Source of the DNA: Candidatus Woesearchaeota archaeon
GTDB lineage: Archaea > Nanobdellota > Nanobdellia > Woesearchaeales > UBA10216
Direction: 5' to 3'
Assembly: GCA_016192905.1 (NCBI GenBank)
Contig: JACPTG010000004.1
Span: forward strand, 5,745 to 69,744
DNA length: 64,000 nucleotides
Shown: positions 18,901 to 26,777 of the stretch, piece by piece
Position numbering within the stretch: position 1 is the stretch's first letter
Layout of the letters: every line of letters starts with the position of its first letter
The notes under the pieces: generated by a model
The model's input: only the letters and a program-made list of their open reading frames with translations
Databases searched by the model: none
Told to the model about the DNA's origin: nothing
Program-made: the position numbers and the translations under genes

Positions 18901-20634
18901 GACCTTCTGGTCATAGGACAACGGAACGGTGTTGGACGAGAACTCCTCAGCAGAAATATCCACAAAATACCAGTCAGAGCAGCCGCCATGCTCGTAATCC
19001 ACGTCATGATAGAACCCATTCGGGTTGTTGGGGTCAACGCCGCAATTCCTGTTCCACGCCCTGCGGCCATCCTCATGGACGAACGACTGCACAAGCCTGA
19101 GCTCGTCCTTGTCATTCCTGAAAATGAAAGTGTCAAACCCTGCGAACTGCTTCTCCTCATCTGAAAGCAAGCCCTTAGCAGGGTCCCTGAACTCCTCAAG
19201 CTTAAGGTTAACAAACCTCCAGTCATCACAGCCGGGATAGTTGTGCTCAGGCCGCGGCGGGCCTGAAAATCCGTGGACATATCGGCCGTCAACAGGACAC
19301 CTCCTATTCCAGGCACGCCAGCCATCCTTATGGACAAAGCTCTGCACCAGCGTATACTTGCCCTTTGAATTAAGAAACTTCATGTCATCAAAGCCTGCAA
19401 AAGTCAAATCAGCCTGGGAAAGAAGCTGCCCAGGCTTAGCCGGGTCAGGAAACAACTCATCCCTCAGGCTTACCAGATTCCAAGATGAACAGGATGAAAG
19501 GTCAATCCCGCGCACTCCTGTACCATCCACAACACAGTCCCTGTTCCACGCACGCCAGCCATCAGAATTCACCACTGACTCAACAATGCGTAGCTTTCCT
19601 GTAGAGTCCTCAAAGACAAAGTTATCATAGCCGTAAAACTTCTGCTCGCCAGAACCCAGGGGCTGGCCTTCAAAAAGCATCCTTTCATTACTAAAAAAGG
19701 CCTCCTGCCAGCCTGTGCAGTCTGCGTTTCCACTTGGAAGCCTGGCAATCCCATTCCTGTCCTTGGCATCCATGCGGCAGGACCTGTAATAATATTTTGA
19801 AGAGTCCTTAAGGACAAATGTCTGGACAATGCGATCCTCTGCCTGATCTGCATTCACAAAAACAACAGCCACCTCCTTATCAGTCGAATAGTCTAAGTAT
19901 ACTGCCTTGTATTCCCTGTAATCAGCTGAATCCTCAACCACCCACTCCTTAATCTTGCTGCCTCCAACCCAAAGCTGCACCACAGCTCCACGCTGTCCCT
20001 TAGCCCTGACAACAAAATTTGCCGGGACCTTCCTGACAGGAACTGTCTCCTCTCCTGGAAGAACCCTCTCCCCCGTCCCCTGACCTGGCTCCGTACTTGT
20101 GGGAGGAGGTGTGCTTGTAGGAGGAACTGTGCCTGTTGGAGTGGATGAGCCCGGAGGTGTGGAAGACGCGGGCCCTGCGCCAGAGGAAGAAGCGCCTGTT
20201 GCAGGAGTAGTTCCTGTCGCTGGAGGAGGCGATGCAGGCTTCTCCCTGCAAAGCTGGTCGCACTTCTTTCCTGATTCTATCGGATAATACGTGTTGCTGC
20301 CTGTGCAAGCGGATTTAACCCGCACAGTGCCGTCAGGGCAGCAGCAACCCCTATTGCACTCCACCACACTGCTGTCGCTGCAATCCTTGCCTTCCTTAAA
20401 ATAAGGGGTCAGACAGGCCTGCTGGGTTTTCTCAATACCTGAATAAAACCTTGGGTAATCAGACGGAGGGGAAGGACAACATTGATTTGCGGTCACCCGG
20501 GATGTTGTGCACAAACGCTCAATGGCGTTAGGGTTCACGCAGCAGCCGTCAGCAGCCTGCACAGCCACTGCAATTACAAGAACAGGGGCTAAAATGGCGA
20601 GCAGCATTAGAATGCGGCGAATCAGCTTGTGCAT
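15949..20634 (-). CDS. Giant secreted mosaic protein (giant 3) with an M64-like HExxH metalloprotease domain and C-terminal Ig-like domains
   Basis: 1,561 aa with ATG at 20634. The signal peptide is followed by the same CCVNPNAIERLC...CCPSPPSDYPRFY...CCCPDGTVRVKSAC head and a P/T/S-rich linker. A split CBM-like module carries IVESVVNSDGWRAWNRDC, LVQSFVHKDGWRAWNRRC and LVQSFVHEDGRRAWNRNC repeats. DRANIVFAGVAY and VVVHEFGHAFGGLMDEY are present (HEFGH at 17452..17466). Confidence 0.9.
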   Translation of the reverse strand: MHKLIRRILMLLAILAPVLVIAVAVQAADGCCVNPNAIERLCTTSRVTANQCCPSPPSDYPRFYSGIEKTQQACLTPYFKEGKDCSDSSVVECNRGCCCPDGTVRVKSACTGSNTYYPIESGKKCDQLCREKPASPPPATGTTPATGASSSGAGPASSTPPGSSTPTGTVPPTSTPPPTSTEPGQGTGERVLPGEETVPVRKVPANFVVRAKGQRGAVVQLWVGGSKIKEWVVEDSADYREYKAVYLDYSTDKEVAVVFVNADQAEDRIVQTFVLKDSSKYYYRSCRMDAKDRNGIARLPSGNADCTGWQEAFFSNERMLFEGQPLGSGEQKFYGYDNFVFEDSTGKLRIVESVVNSDGWRAWNRDCVVDGTGVRGIDLSSCSSWNLVSLRDELFPDPAKPGQLLSQADLTFAGFDDMKFLNSKGKYTLVQSFVHKDGWRAWNRRCPVDGRYVHGFSGPPRPEHNYPGCDDWRFVNLKLEEFRDPAKGLLSDEEKQFAGFDTFIFRNDKDELRLVQSFVHEDGRRAWNRNCGVDPNNPNGFYHDVDYEHGGCSDWYFVDISAEEFSSNTVPLSYDQKVFAGFDDYIFKTKPPELFVESVAINGEVYNADSKELVYDKGKAEAAFDGLEIVSDSERSSLGKRMPYNGALRFKLRSFSCGNGNLDSGESDVDCGGVCMARCANSRACSAGADCLSDYCASGKCAFDASKCGNRAKDPAESDTDCGSACPRKCSYNQQCFSAQDCESNYCSGGKCLQAECDVDSKCLGGLKCVEGKCTDTSEYSVALNVNPQSAVVGTVASVRAAVSSSLPFEKPEASLFDESGRKVGNIQIFDDGNHGDGAANDKVFGGVFSTLGLVPGKYSVAFSADVRELRGPIRRSEQKTLNLVQGGVCKELIPGHNLADGDRANIVFAGVAYKSRENFIKYARNSVEGPAGLLSLEPFKSGKGKFNFWYIDVLKGDFKGYSGSQDLQSELNSFGGLCAMPNSHIVFLINAEFRAFADLEGNAYVSYPDLCSEVESCLKVNVRRGCLAYADGNEPACSLVRKECETGVVCSRVVVHEFGHAFGGLMDEYEEDRGNPLFSIRQSGNCYDVPSRPVTADQCRAAAPWSRLIGNGCGSDGVVDCKESDANYNLEVGCHDGCAYYKGVFRSVFNSIMRNVFANPYAFGSWNEKLLGARLGSFSGTARPKALSVSAYHTPETGFIGQSVTITAASDSPDVHKIDIFVGMDNSPEATCFSNTCSYALRLTNRNVYRNYYAVATGKSGNKVRFPAGNAVISIPAISLVDVSYSPERPVAGSPVTINVRSKLADTDLTIISLDDRSVKECSSASCSLTVTFPEPNMFVVSGKADSARLGSGSSEELYLSVGGGGLLTLVNNPASPTTADQVKIRLVSSLTGLYRYKIYVDAGATPVKTCTSAPCEYESKFTSGRHTFYATVTDFEIGMVFRHPNNGVSRDFNVIGGSASDKTPPVVTLVRPAPLVTSGDVTIEVSTDEPATCRVGGSDVPFDQMATVLDRDTDLKTHLKAYSYTKEWNGKIKKFVKCKDISGNINPTSLEVEFTLSIP

Positions 20635-21542
20635 ATCACTTCACCAGTATACTGTTTTTTTGAAGCAAATTTAAGGTAGCTTGAATCGGGAAGCCCGGGG
20701 TCAAGCGCAGGATTGTCCAGCGCAAACAGGTAGAGATTCTTGGTCACGCCGCTTACAGCCAAGATTTTCTCACCTTTTTTTCCCGGCTTAATTGTAATCT
20801 CTCCCTGACCGGACTTCTTATGCCTTGGCCCAGACCAGTCTGTACCCTGACAGTTATCTAGGATGGTCTGGGCGACCTTGGCCGCCTCATCATATGAAGC
20901 CATGAATGGGCTGTTTGAAGACCATGAAAAGTCAGAAAAAAGGTACTCTGAGGCACCGTCATGCACTGTCACGTTGGCCAAAAGCTGGACAAACATTTCC
21001 TTGTCGTTAAGGAGCGTGACTATATCAAAAGACTGCCGCTCAATTTCAACATCATAGCCTATGGCTTTCATTTTGGCAGCCACATCGCAAACCACTTTTG
21101 AATTTGCAGGCGGCGTGTAACCTGGACAAATATCGGCGTTTGCAGGCCTACTGCGAGGGTTCAACCGCATAGACAGGTATGCCTTCAGCCGCTCGGCGAG
21201 CCTTTCCTTATCCTGCCTGTGAACAACAAGCTCTATAGGCCTCTCGTCAAGAATATATGCGACCTTATAATCCCCATCATTAAACGCCTCTCCCTCAGTT
21301 ACGGGGTCTGAGGAATCACCGCCCTGACTGCAATAGATGTAGCCGCCCTGGCGTGCAGCCAGCTCAAGCCCTGCTGCAGCCGTGGATGCAATGCACTGCT
21401 CAACATAAGCCCTGACCGGCGCTGCGCTGTCATAACTCTTCAGCTTCACGCTGCTCTTTGGGGAAGTCACCCAGAAGACTATGCCTGCGGACACCATGAG
21501 TAGGACACCTATTATTATGAATACAGAGACCTGCGCCCTCAT
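20622..21542 (-). CDS. Membrane-anchored protein with pilin-like (class III-like) N-terminus
   Basis: 306 aa. The N-terminus is MRAQVSVFIIIGVLLMVSAGIVFWV (short basic N-terminus, then Q, then a hydrophobic helix). Its ATG overlaps the giant 4 stop (ATGA at 21539-21542) and its 3' end overlaps the giant 3 start by 13 nt. Confidence 0.8.
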   Translation of the reverse strand: MRAQVSVFIIIGVLLMVSAGIVFWVTSPKSSVKLKSYDSAAPVRAYVEQCIASTAAAGLELAARQGGYIYCSQGGDSSDPVTEGEAFNDGDYKVAYILDERPIELVVHRQDKERLAERLKAYLSMRLNPRSRPANADICPGYTPPANSKVVCDVAAKMKAIGYDVEIERQSFDIVTLLNDKEMFVQLLANVTVHDGASEYLFSDFSWSSNSPFMASYDEAAKVAQTILDNCQGTDWSGPRHKKSGQGEITIKPGKKGEKILAVSGVTKNLYLFALDNPALDPGLPDSSYLKFASKKQYTGEVICTS

Positions 21543-24500
21543 TTTACCCGTAAGCCTGAAGTAAGGGAAGTCCAGGCATCAAACAGCCTGCTGTCAGTGC
21601 CAGGAGACCTGCTGGCTGTTATTGACTGCCTTGAGCCTGACCTTGAGCAGCTGTTCTGCTGGATAGCGTTGGAGGCTGCGCAGAAGTCTGTGTTGAAGTT
21701 ATCGTATGACACTGAAAGCTGCTCTACCTGGGAACTGCCTGAGCAGCCTGAAGTTACAGAGCCCTCAATTTTCTTTCCTGATGCAGCGGACATTGAATAC
21801 AGCTTCTGCAGCCCAGAGCCCTTCTTCAGCTCTGAAGCAGCAGACCTTATGGAATTCCATTCTGAAGCAGGGCTGAAGCCAGCATTGTTATAAAAGAAAA
21901 TTCCTGTTGAGCTGTCGAAGTATAGATACTCGTAACCTGAGTAGCACTGGGTAAGGCCTGCTGGCTGTGATGAAGTGCAGGAGTATCCTTGCCTCTGCGC
22001 CTCATTAACAATGCTGTTAAGCTCTGCCACGACATCCGGAGATGAAACTGCGCCGCCAAATGCAACGAAACTTGCCCCCGAATCCTTGTGCTCAAGCACG
22101 CACAGGTCTGCAATGCATGGCTCGGGCTTATTGGAGAGCGGGCATGGCGACTTTAGCAGCGTTTCGGCAAGCCTGGACTCAGCGTAAAGATAATCATACC
22201 TGTTCAGAACCTCACCATACGGGCCGCAGACAAGGGCTGACTCAGGCCTCCTCTTAGCCTTGAAGTCAAGCAGCATGGAAGCGACAAATTTATTCTTTGA
22301 AACCCAGCTGCCTGAACTGCAGACAGCGCTGCCAAGCGAGCCGCCTGAAGCAACGCACCTGCTGGCCTGGCTGTCGTAACACTCACCAGCAGTGCAGCAG
22401 CCCTCCATGCAGCCGTCCTGACCCTTCCTTACGGTTTCACCATTATCGTCACCACAGCAAACTCCTCCAACAGTCCTGCACTGGGTAATCCTGAAGGCAC
22501 CAGCCCACTTCAGCCGCTCAGGCCCTATTGAACGCCTATCTGATTCGGGAACTATGTCATTGCCGTCGAATGCTGCCGCTGCGGCGCCCTTATCGTATAT
22601 CACCCTGCTGAAGTCCTCAGCCTCAATCTTATTGCCATCTATGGCTATGTAATCCACAAGCAGGTCCCGGTCTCCAGGCTGATTTGAAGTGAAGATGAAG
22701 TTGTCATTCGCAAACAGCTTCCCATCAGGAGCGCCCGAAGGCTCATCACCGATAGGAACGAACCTCCAGTCGTCACAGCCGCCTGCACCCCGCTTCAAGC
22801 CCTTTGGATCAGCAGGGTCAACACGACAAACCCTGTTCCACGAGCGCTGGCCGTCGCTATGTATCAGGGAGTGGATGAGGCTGTAAGAGCCGTCAGCCTT
22901 CTGCCACGCAAGTGTGTCAAATCCTGAGAAAACAGAATCGGCCGGGGAGATCTCATTTCCGGCTGCGTCCTTGAAACCCTCTCCCACCAGACTTCCGCCG
23001 CTGAAAGCAGAGCAGCCGCCGAAGCCGAACTCAGAGGAATCCTCAACGCAGAATCGGTTGAAATAACGCTTGCCATCCTGCTGAATAAGCGTCAGGACAA
23101 GCTGCTGCCTGCCCTGAGAGTTGGTAAAAACGTAATTGTCCAAGTCCCTGTACTTCCTTGCCGACGCGTCAAGCCCTGTGTCAAGCTCTGAGAGGTCCCA
23201 TGTTTTGAACTCGCCGCATTTTTGCACAGTGGTGCCGAACATGGAATCAGGAAGAACCTCGCACTTCCTCCTGAAGGCGAGCACGCCATCCTTGTCAATG
23301 AAAGTCTGCACAATATACTCCTTACCATTGACGGTATACACGTACTTGTCATGGCCTATGAATTCCTGATTCGCATCTGGAATTGAGTTTCCAGACTTAT
23401 CCTTAATGCTGATGCCGGTAACGTCCACAGCGCGGTAAGCCTCACAGTCAGCACCGTCAATGGGATGGTAGCCGTCATTGCGCAGCGGGCATCTCCTATG
23501 GTAAACAGTCCTCTTATCAGAGCCGACAAAGGACTGCACAACCCACTTCACCGCAGCGGTCTCATAGTCATCAGGAAATACGACTGCAATCTCCTGGCCT
23601 GGTGTATAAGAGAGGGGGACAGAGTAATCTGCATACTGGTCAGAATTCACAGACCACGACTGCAGGAATTGGTTGTTGACAAAGACTGCCATGTGAGGCC
23701 AGCCAGCGCCATTCTGGCCCTTGGCGCGGACAGTGAGCTGCCTGCCTGCACCAATGCGAAGCGAGCCAGCATAGCTAATCAGTTCCCTGGAGCTAAGAGT
23801 ATACAGATTATCAAACCACTCTGCCTCAGAGTTACCCTTATCATAAAAAACCCTAGCGGGGTCCTCAGCCTGAACTGTCTCAGAGCCGATTGTTATTGAA
23901 TCAACAATCAAATTGCGGTCAGTAGGCCCTGACAAGCTGAAGCTGAATGTGTCAAAGCCCGCGAACAAGCCTTGGCCTGCGTTAACTGTTCCATCGGCAT
24001 TATAGACTATTTCCTGGCTGAGGTCAACAAACCTCCAGCCTGTGCATTTTGCAGGGTCTATCCCGTGCAAGCCGACGCCCTCAACAGGGCAGACACGGTT
24101 CCAGCCCCGGCGGCCGTCATTATGAACCAGCGACTGGACCATCTGGAGCTTTGAAGATGAATCTGTGAAAAGGTAAGTGTCAATCCCTGCGAATACCTTG
24201 TCGCCTGCTGCGAGCTGGGCTCCATCAGCGCCCTTGACCTCCTCGTCAGCCATGTTCACCTGCCGCCAACTTGAACATGTGGAGGGGTTATAGCCATAAG
24301 CATTGGCGCCGTCATAATCACACTCCCGGTTGAAACCCAGGCTGCCTGACTTTGCGGACAATGACTGGACTATATGCTTCCGGCCGCCGGCATCTGCGAA
24401 GATGAAGTTGTCCATGTCTGAGTAAGCGCGGGCAGCGGAATCCACTTTTGTATCTTCAGAGGCTAAATTCCAAAGCTCCCAAGGGGTGCAAGTGGCAGGA

Positions 24501-25900
24501 TTAACAGAATGGGGAAAGGCACCGTCATACTGGCATTTGTTGCGCCAGGCACGCTTCCCATCCTGATGAATCATTGTCCTGACAAGGTACTTCTTTCCAT
24601 CCGAGCCATCATAAAAATATGCGTCAAAGCCGGCAAGCCTGTGATCTGCCGCAGAAAGAATGCTGCCTGCTGCATCAGTCACCCCTTCAGTTGTCAAGTC
24701 AACCTCATTCCATCTTGAGCAGGTCTGGCTCTCAAAGCCATGGAGGGAATCTGCCTTGAAAGAGCACCGCCTGTTCCAGGCCTTATCGCCAGTTTTAGAA
24801 TAGAAGGACTGCAAAACATACGAAGGGCTCTGCTCTGAATAGTAATCAATGGGAAACACCACTGCGACCTCATCACCCTGCGTGTACCCAGAGGGCAGCT
24901 TTGCCTCGTAAACAGCAGGCCTCCGGTAATTATCAACAGTCCACTCAGCGAACTTGACAAAGGAATTGCCTGACTTCCTGTAAGCCTGCATCAAAGGAAG
25001 GCCGTTGCCCTGGTCAGCAGATGCGACTATCCTGATTGTTGGAACAGCAGCTTCCTGGCCTATCCTGAAATTCCTGCCAGCAAGATTTCCAACGCCACAG
25101 GGCTTCCTCACATGAACCCACCAGCTGTAAGCAACCCCAGGCTGGACATTAACTGTAATTGAATTGGAATTGTAGCTGTTTATGCAGACAAAATGCTGGT
25201 TGCAGTTATTCCGGCTGTCCTTAGCAATATTCTTCCCTGGGGTGTCCACGTTTACCCTTATGTCATAGGTTGCGCCTGCCACAGGCTCCCACTCCAAAGT
25301 AACCTCCTGCGTGGAAGCTTGAAATGTCTGGGCCTCAGCAGGGCTTTTCGGGGTGGGCTGACTGGGGGAACAAGCGGATTCGCAAAGCCTATACTGCCTT
25401 ACCCTGTCGCCATGCAATTCCTTCAGCACGCCAAGGTCAACCTTGCCGTTCTCACACGCAGGGAGATTGCAGAGAGGAGATGCAGAACCTTCGCATGACT
25501 TAAGGCTTGGGGAATTCGCAGCACCCCCTTCCAAGGGATTAAGGCAAATCCTGTACTTCCTAACTATCTTGTTGTCATTGTGAAAGCCCTCATAAACGCC
25601 AGCCTCAAACATGCCTGAAGGGCAGGCAGGAGGATTGCAAGTGCCGCCGCCCCCTGTACTTCCCTCACAACCCCTGACCTCGCCGCCGGCACTGGAGCAC
25701 AAACGGTATCCAGTAACAGACTTATCAGCCGAGCCGTAGTTATCGTGAATGTTATTCGTAAGGCCGACTGAGCCTGAAGGGCACTGGCCTGGCTCGCAGG
25801 CAGCGCCATTATCAGAGCCGCATTCCACCACGGCTGCACTGGCTGAGAAAAGTGCCAGAAGAAGGATAAATGGCACCAAAATCAGCTTTATCGCACCCAT
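21539..25900 (-). CDS. Giant secreted mosaic protein (giant 4) with two tandem split CBM-like/WNR-repeat modules and no protease motif
   Basis: 1,453 aa with ATG at 25900 and signal peptide MGAIKLILVPFILLLALFSASAA. It has three ~50-aa Cys units and an Fn3-like segment. Two modules follow, each with four repeats (for example QMVQSLVHNDGRRGWNRVC and SLIHSLIHSDGQRSWNRVC), closed by DRNLIVDSITIGSETVQAED and DRDLLVDYIAIDGNKIEAED. Confidence 0.9.
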   Translation of the reverse strand: MGAIKLILVPFILLLALFSASAAVVECGSDNGAACEPGQCPSGSVGLTNNIHDNYGSADKSVTGYRLCSSAGGEVRGCEGSTGGGGTCNPPACPSGMFEAGVYEGFHNDNKIVRKYRICLNPLEGGAANSPSLKSCEGSASPLCNLPACENGKVDLGVLKELHGDRVRQYRLCESACSPSQPTPKSPAEAQTFQASTQEVTLEWEPVAGATYDIRVNVDTPGKNIAKDSRNNCNQHFVCINSYNSNSITVNVQPGVAYSWWVHVRKPCGVGNLAGRNFRIGQEAAVPTIRIVASADQGNGLPLMQAYRKSGNSFVKFAEWTVDNYRRPAVYEAKLPSGYTQGDEVAVVFPIDYYSEQSPSYVLQSFYSKTGDKAWNRRCSFKADSLHGFESQTCSRWNEVDLTTEGVTDAAGSILSAADHRLAGFDAYFYDGSDGKKYLVRTMIHQDGKRAWRNKCQYDGAFPHSVNPATCTPWELWNLASEDTKVDSAARAYSDMDNFIFADAGGRKHIVQSLSAKSGSLGFNRECDYDGANAYGYNPSTCSSWRQVNMADEEVKGADGAQLAAGDKVFAGIDTYLFTDSSSKLQMVQSLVHNDGRRGWNRVCPVEGVGLHGIDPAKCTGWRFVDLSQEIVYNADGTVNAGQGLFAGFDTFSFSLSGPTDRNLIVDSITIGSETVQAEDPARVFYDKGNSEAEWFDNLYTLSSRELISYAGSLRIGAGRQLTVRAKGQNGAGWPHMAVFVNNQFLQSWSVNSDQYADYSVPLSYTPGQEIAVVFPDDYETAAVKWVVQSFVGSDKRTVYHRRCPLRNDGYHPIDGADCEAYRAVDVTGISIKDKSGNSIPDANQEFIGHDKYVYTVNGKEYIVQTFIDKDGVLAFRRKCEVLPDSMFGTTVQKCGEFKTWDLSELDTGLDASARKYRDLDNYVFTNSQGRQQLVLTLIQQDGKRYFNRFCVEDSSEFGFGGCSAFSGGSLVGEGFKDAAGNEISPADSVFSGFDTLAWQKADGSYSLIHSLIHSDGQRSWNRVCRVDPADPKGLKRGAGGCDDWRFVPIGDEPSGAPDGKLFANDNFIFTSNQPGDRDLLVDYIAIDGNKIEAEDFSRVIYDKGAAAAAFDGNDIVPESDRRSIGPERLKWAGAFRITQCRTVGGVCCGDDNGETVRKGQDGCMEGCCTAGECYDSQASRCVASGGSLGSAVCSSGSWVSKNKFVASMLLDFKAKRRPESALVCGPYGEVLNRYDYLYAESRLAETLLKSPCPLSNKPEPCIADLCVLEHKDSGASFVAFGGAVSSPDVVAELNSIVNEAQRQGYSCTSSQPAGLTQCYSGYEYLYFDSSTGIFFYNNAGFSPASEWNSIRSAASELKKGSGLQKLYSMSAASGKKIEGSVTSGCSGSSQVEQLSVSYDNFNTDFCAASNAIQQNSCSRSGSRQSITASRSPGTDSRLFDAWTSLTSGLRVK

Positions 25901-25986
25901 TTTTTACAGCTTAAGCTACGCCTGAAAAACCGGCTGGCAGGTATATAAATGTTGCGAATGGGTTTTATCTTAACTTTAATGAAAAA

Positions 25987-26049
25987 TAGCAGGCTGTGGC
26001 TTCCTTGGATTCAGCAGCCCCTTTCAGGAGACCAGTAGCGTGAACCGCC
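25987..26049 (+). repeat. MITE-like intergenic repeat, copy A (L-arm type)
   Basis: Sequence is tagcaggctgtggcttccttggattcagcagcccctttcaggagaccagtagcgtgaaccgcc. It shares the identical 18-mer aaatagcaggctgtggct with copies B and F and ends with the same gtgaaccgcc as copy F. Confidence 0.8.
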
Positions 26050-26141
26050 TTGGCTTCTTGAAGGCAAGCTTAAAAGATTGGAAATCCGCCAGCCCACTCG
26101 CCAGGCCATGCAAAGGTTTTTATATTACTTACCTCCTTGAA

Positions 26142-26384
26142 ATGCCATTCAACGTTCAAAGGGGTGATAGATTGGCAGCTGACTTGCAGGTTGTTATCCT
26201 GTCCATAATCATCGGCACACTTGCCGCAATAGTGTATTCCCTGCGGATTCTTGTCCTGATGGAGAGGCGCATTGCCCGCATTGACGAGAACCTCTACAGG
26301 ATTGCCAAGCGGATTGTAAGGGAAGAGTTCAAGATTGAGAAGGAAGAGAGGCAGATTGCGGCAACGCTGAAGAGGAAAAAGTAA
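26142..26384 (+). CDS. Small single-TM protein with charged coiled tail
   Basis: The internal ATG at 26142 (MPFNVQRGD...) lies about 20 nt downstream of tttttatatt (26118-26127). A hydrophobic stretch VVILSIIIGTLAAIVYSLRILVL is present. The longer track start (26040) lies inside repeat copy A. Confidence 0.5.
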   Translation: MPFNVQRGDRLAADLQVVILSIIIGTLAAIVYSLRILVLMERRIARIDENLYRIAKRIVREEFKIEKEERQIAATLKRKK

Positions 26385-26772
26385 GCTTCTCGCCAGCAAG
26401 CTGATTAAGGCTAAGGCCCTTCATCCTTGCAAGCTCCTCTGTAACCAGCAAGTTCCTTCCAGTATCCTTAAGGTCTTCAAGCGAGAAGAAGTACCAGTCA
26501 GCGCCATACCTGAACCCAATCCAGGGCTCGCATGCAAACATCGCAGCGAACTGCCTGAGTTCCTCAACCTGCTGCTTCGTTATGTACCTTCTCGGGTCTG
26601 CGCTTGACTTGCACTCTATAGCCAGCCTTCTCAAGCCATTAGCCGCCATAATATCCGGGCAGGGATACTTTGTTGAGCCGCTGCCCGCAGCCCTGATGGA
26701 AAACCAGCCCCTGTCCCAAAGAAGATGTATGAGTTCCCTTTCTGCCGAGGTTCCCTTTGCCTTCCTGTCCAT
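26329..26772 (-). CDS. hjc: Holliday junction resolvase Hjc (archaeal)
   Basis: KGTSAERELIHLLWDRGWFSIRAAGSG...PDIMAANG...LAIECKSS is the Hjc-type PD-(D/E)XK pattern. The first ATG is at 26772 (the track start at 26781 is GTG), 5 nt after the RNase Z stop. Confidence 0.85.
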   Translation of the reverse strand: MDRKAKGTSAERELIHLLWDRGWFSIRAAGSGSTKYPCPDIMAANGLRRLAIECKSSADPRRYITKQQVEELRQFAAMFACEPWIGFRYGADWYFFSLEDLKDTGRNLLVTEELARMKGLSLNQLAGEKLTFSSSALPQSASLPSQS

Positions 26773-26777
26773 TTTCC

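Noticed and set aside
10283-25839. Many 60-170-aa ORFs nested inside or antisense to giants 2-4, for example 16499..16876, 18831..19337 and 23465..23899
   Set aside because: They lie entirely within much longer, motif-rich ORFs and have low-complexity shadow-like composition.
26040-26141. N-terminal extension of the small TM protein ORF
   Set aside because: It starts inside repeat copy A. A TATA-like box at 26118-26127 sits within it, about 20 nt upstream of the internal ATG at 26142.
26329-26384. 56-nt convergent overlap between hjc and the small TM gene as a possible antisense regulatory arrangement
   Set aside because: It more likely reflects uncertainty in the true 3' ends and the coding status of the small ORF. 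There is no supporting signal.
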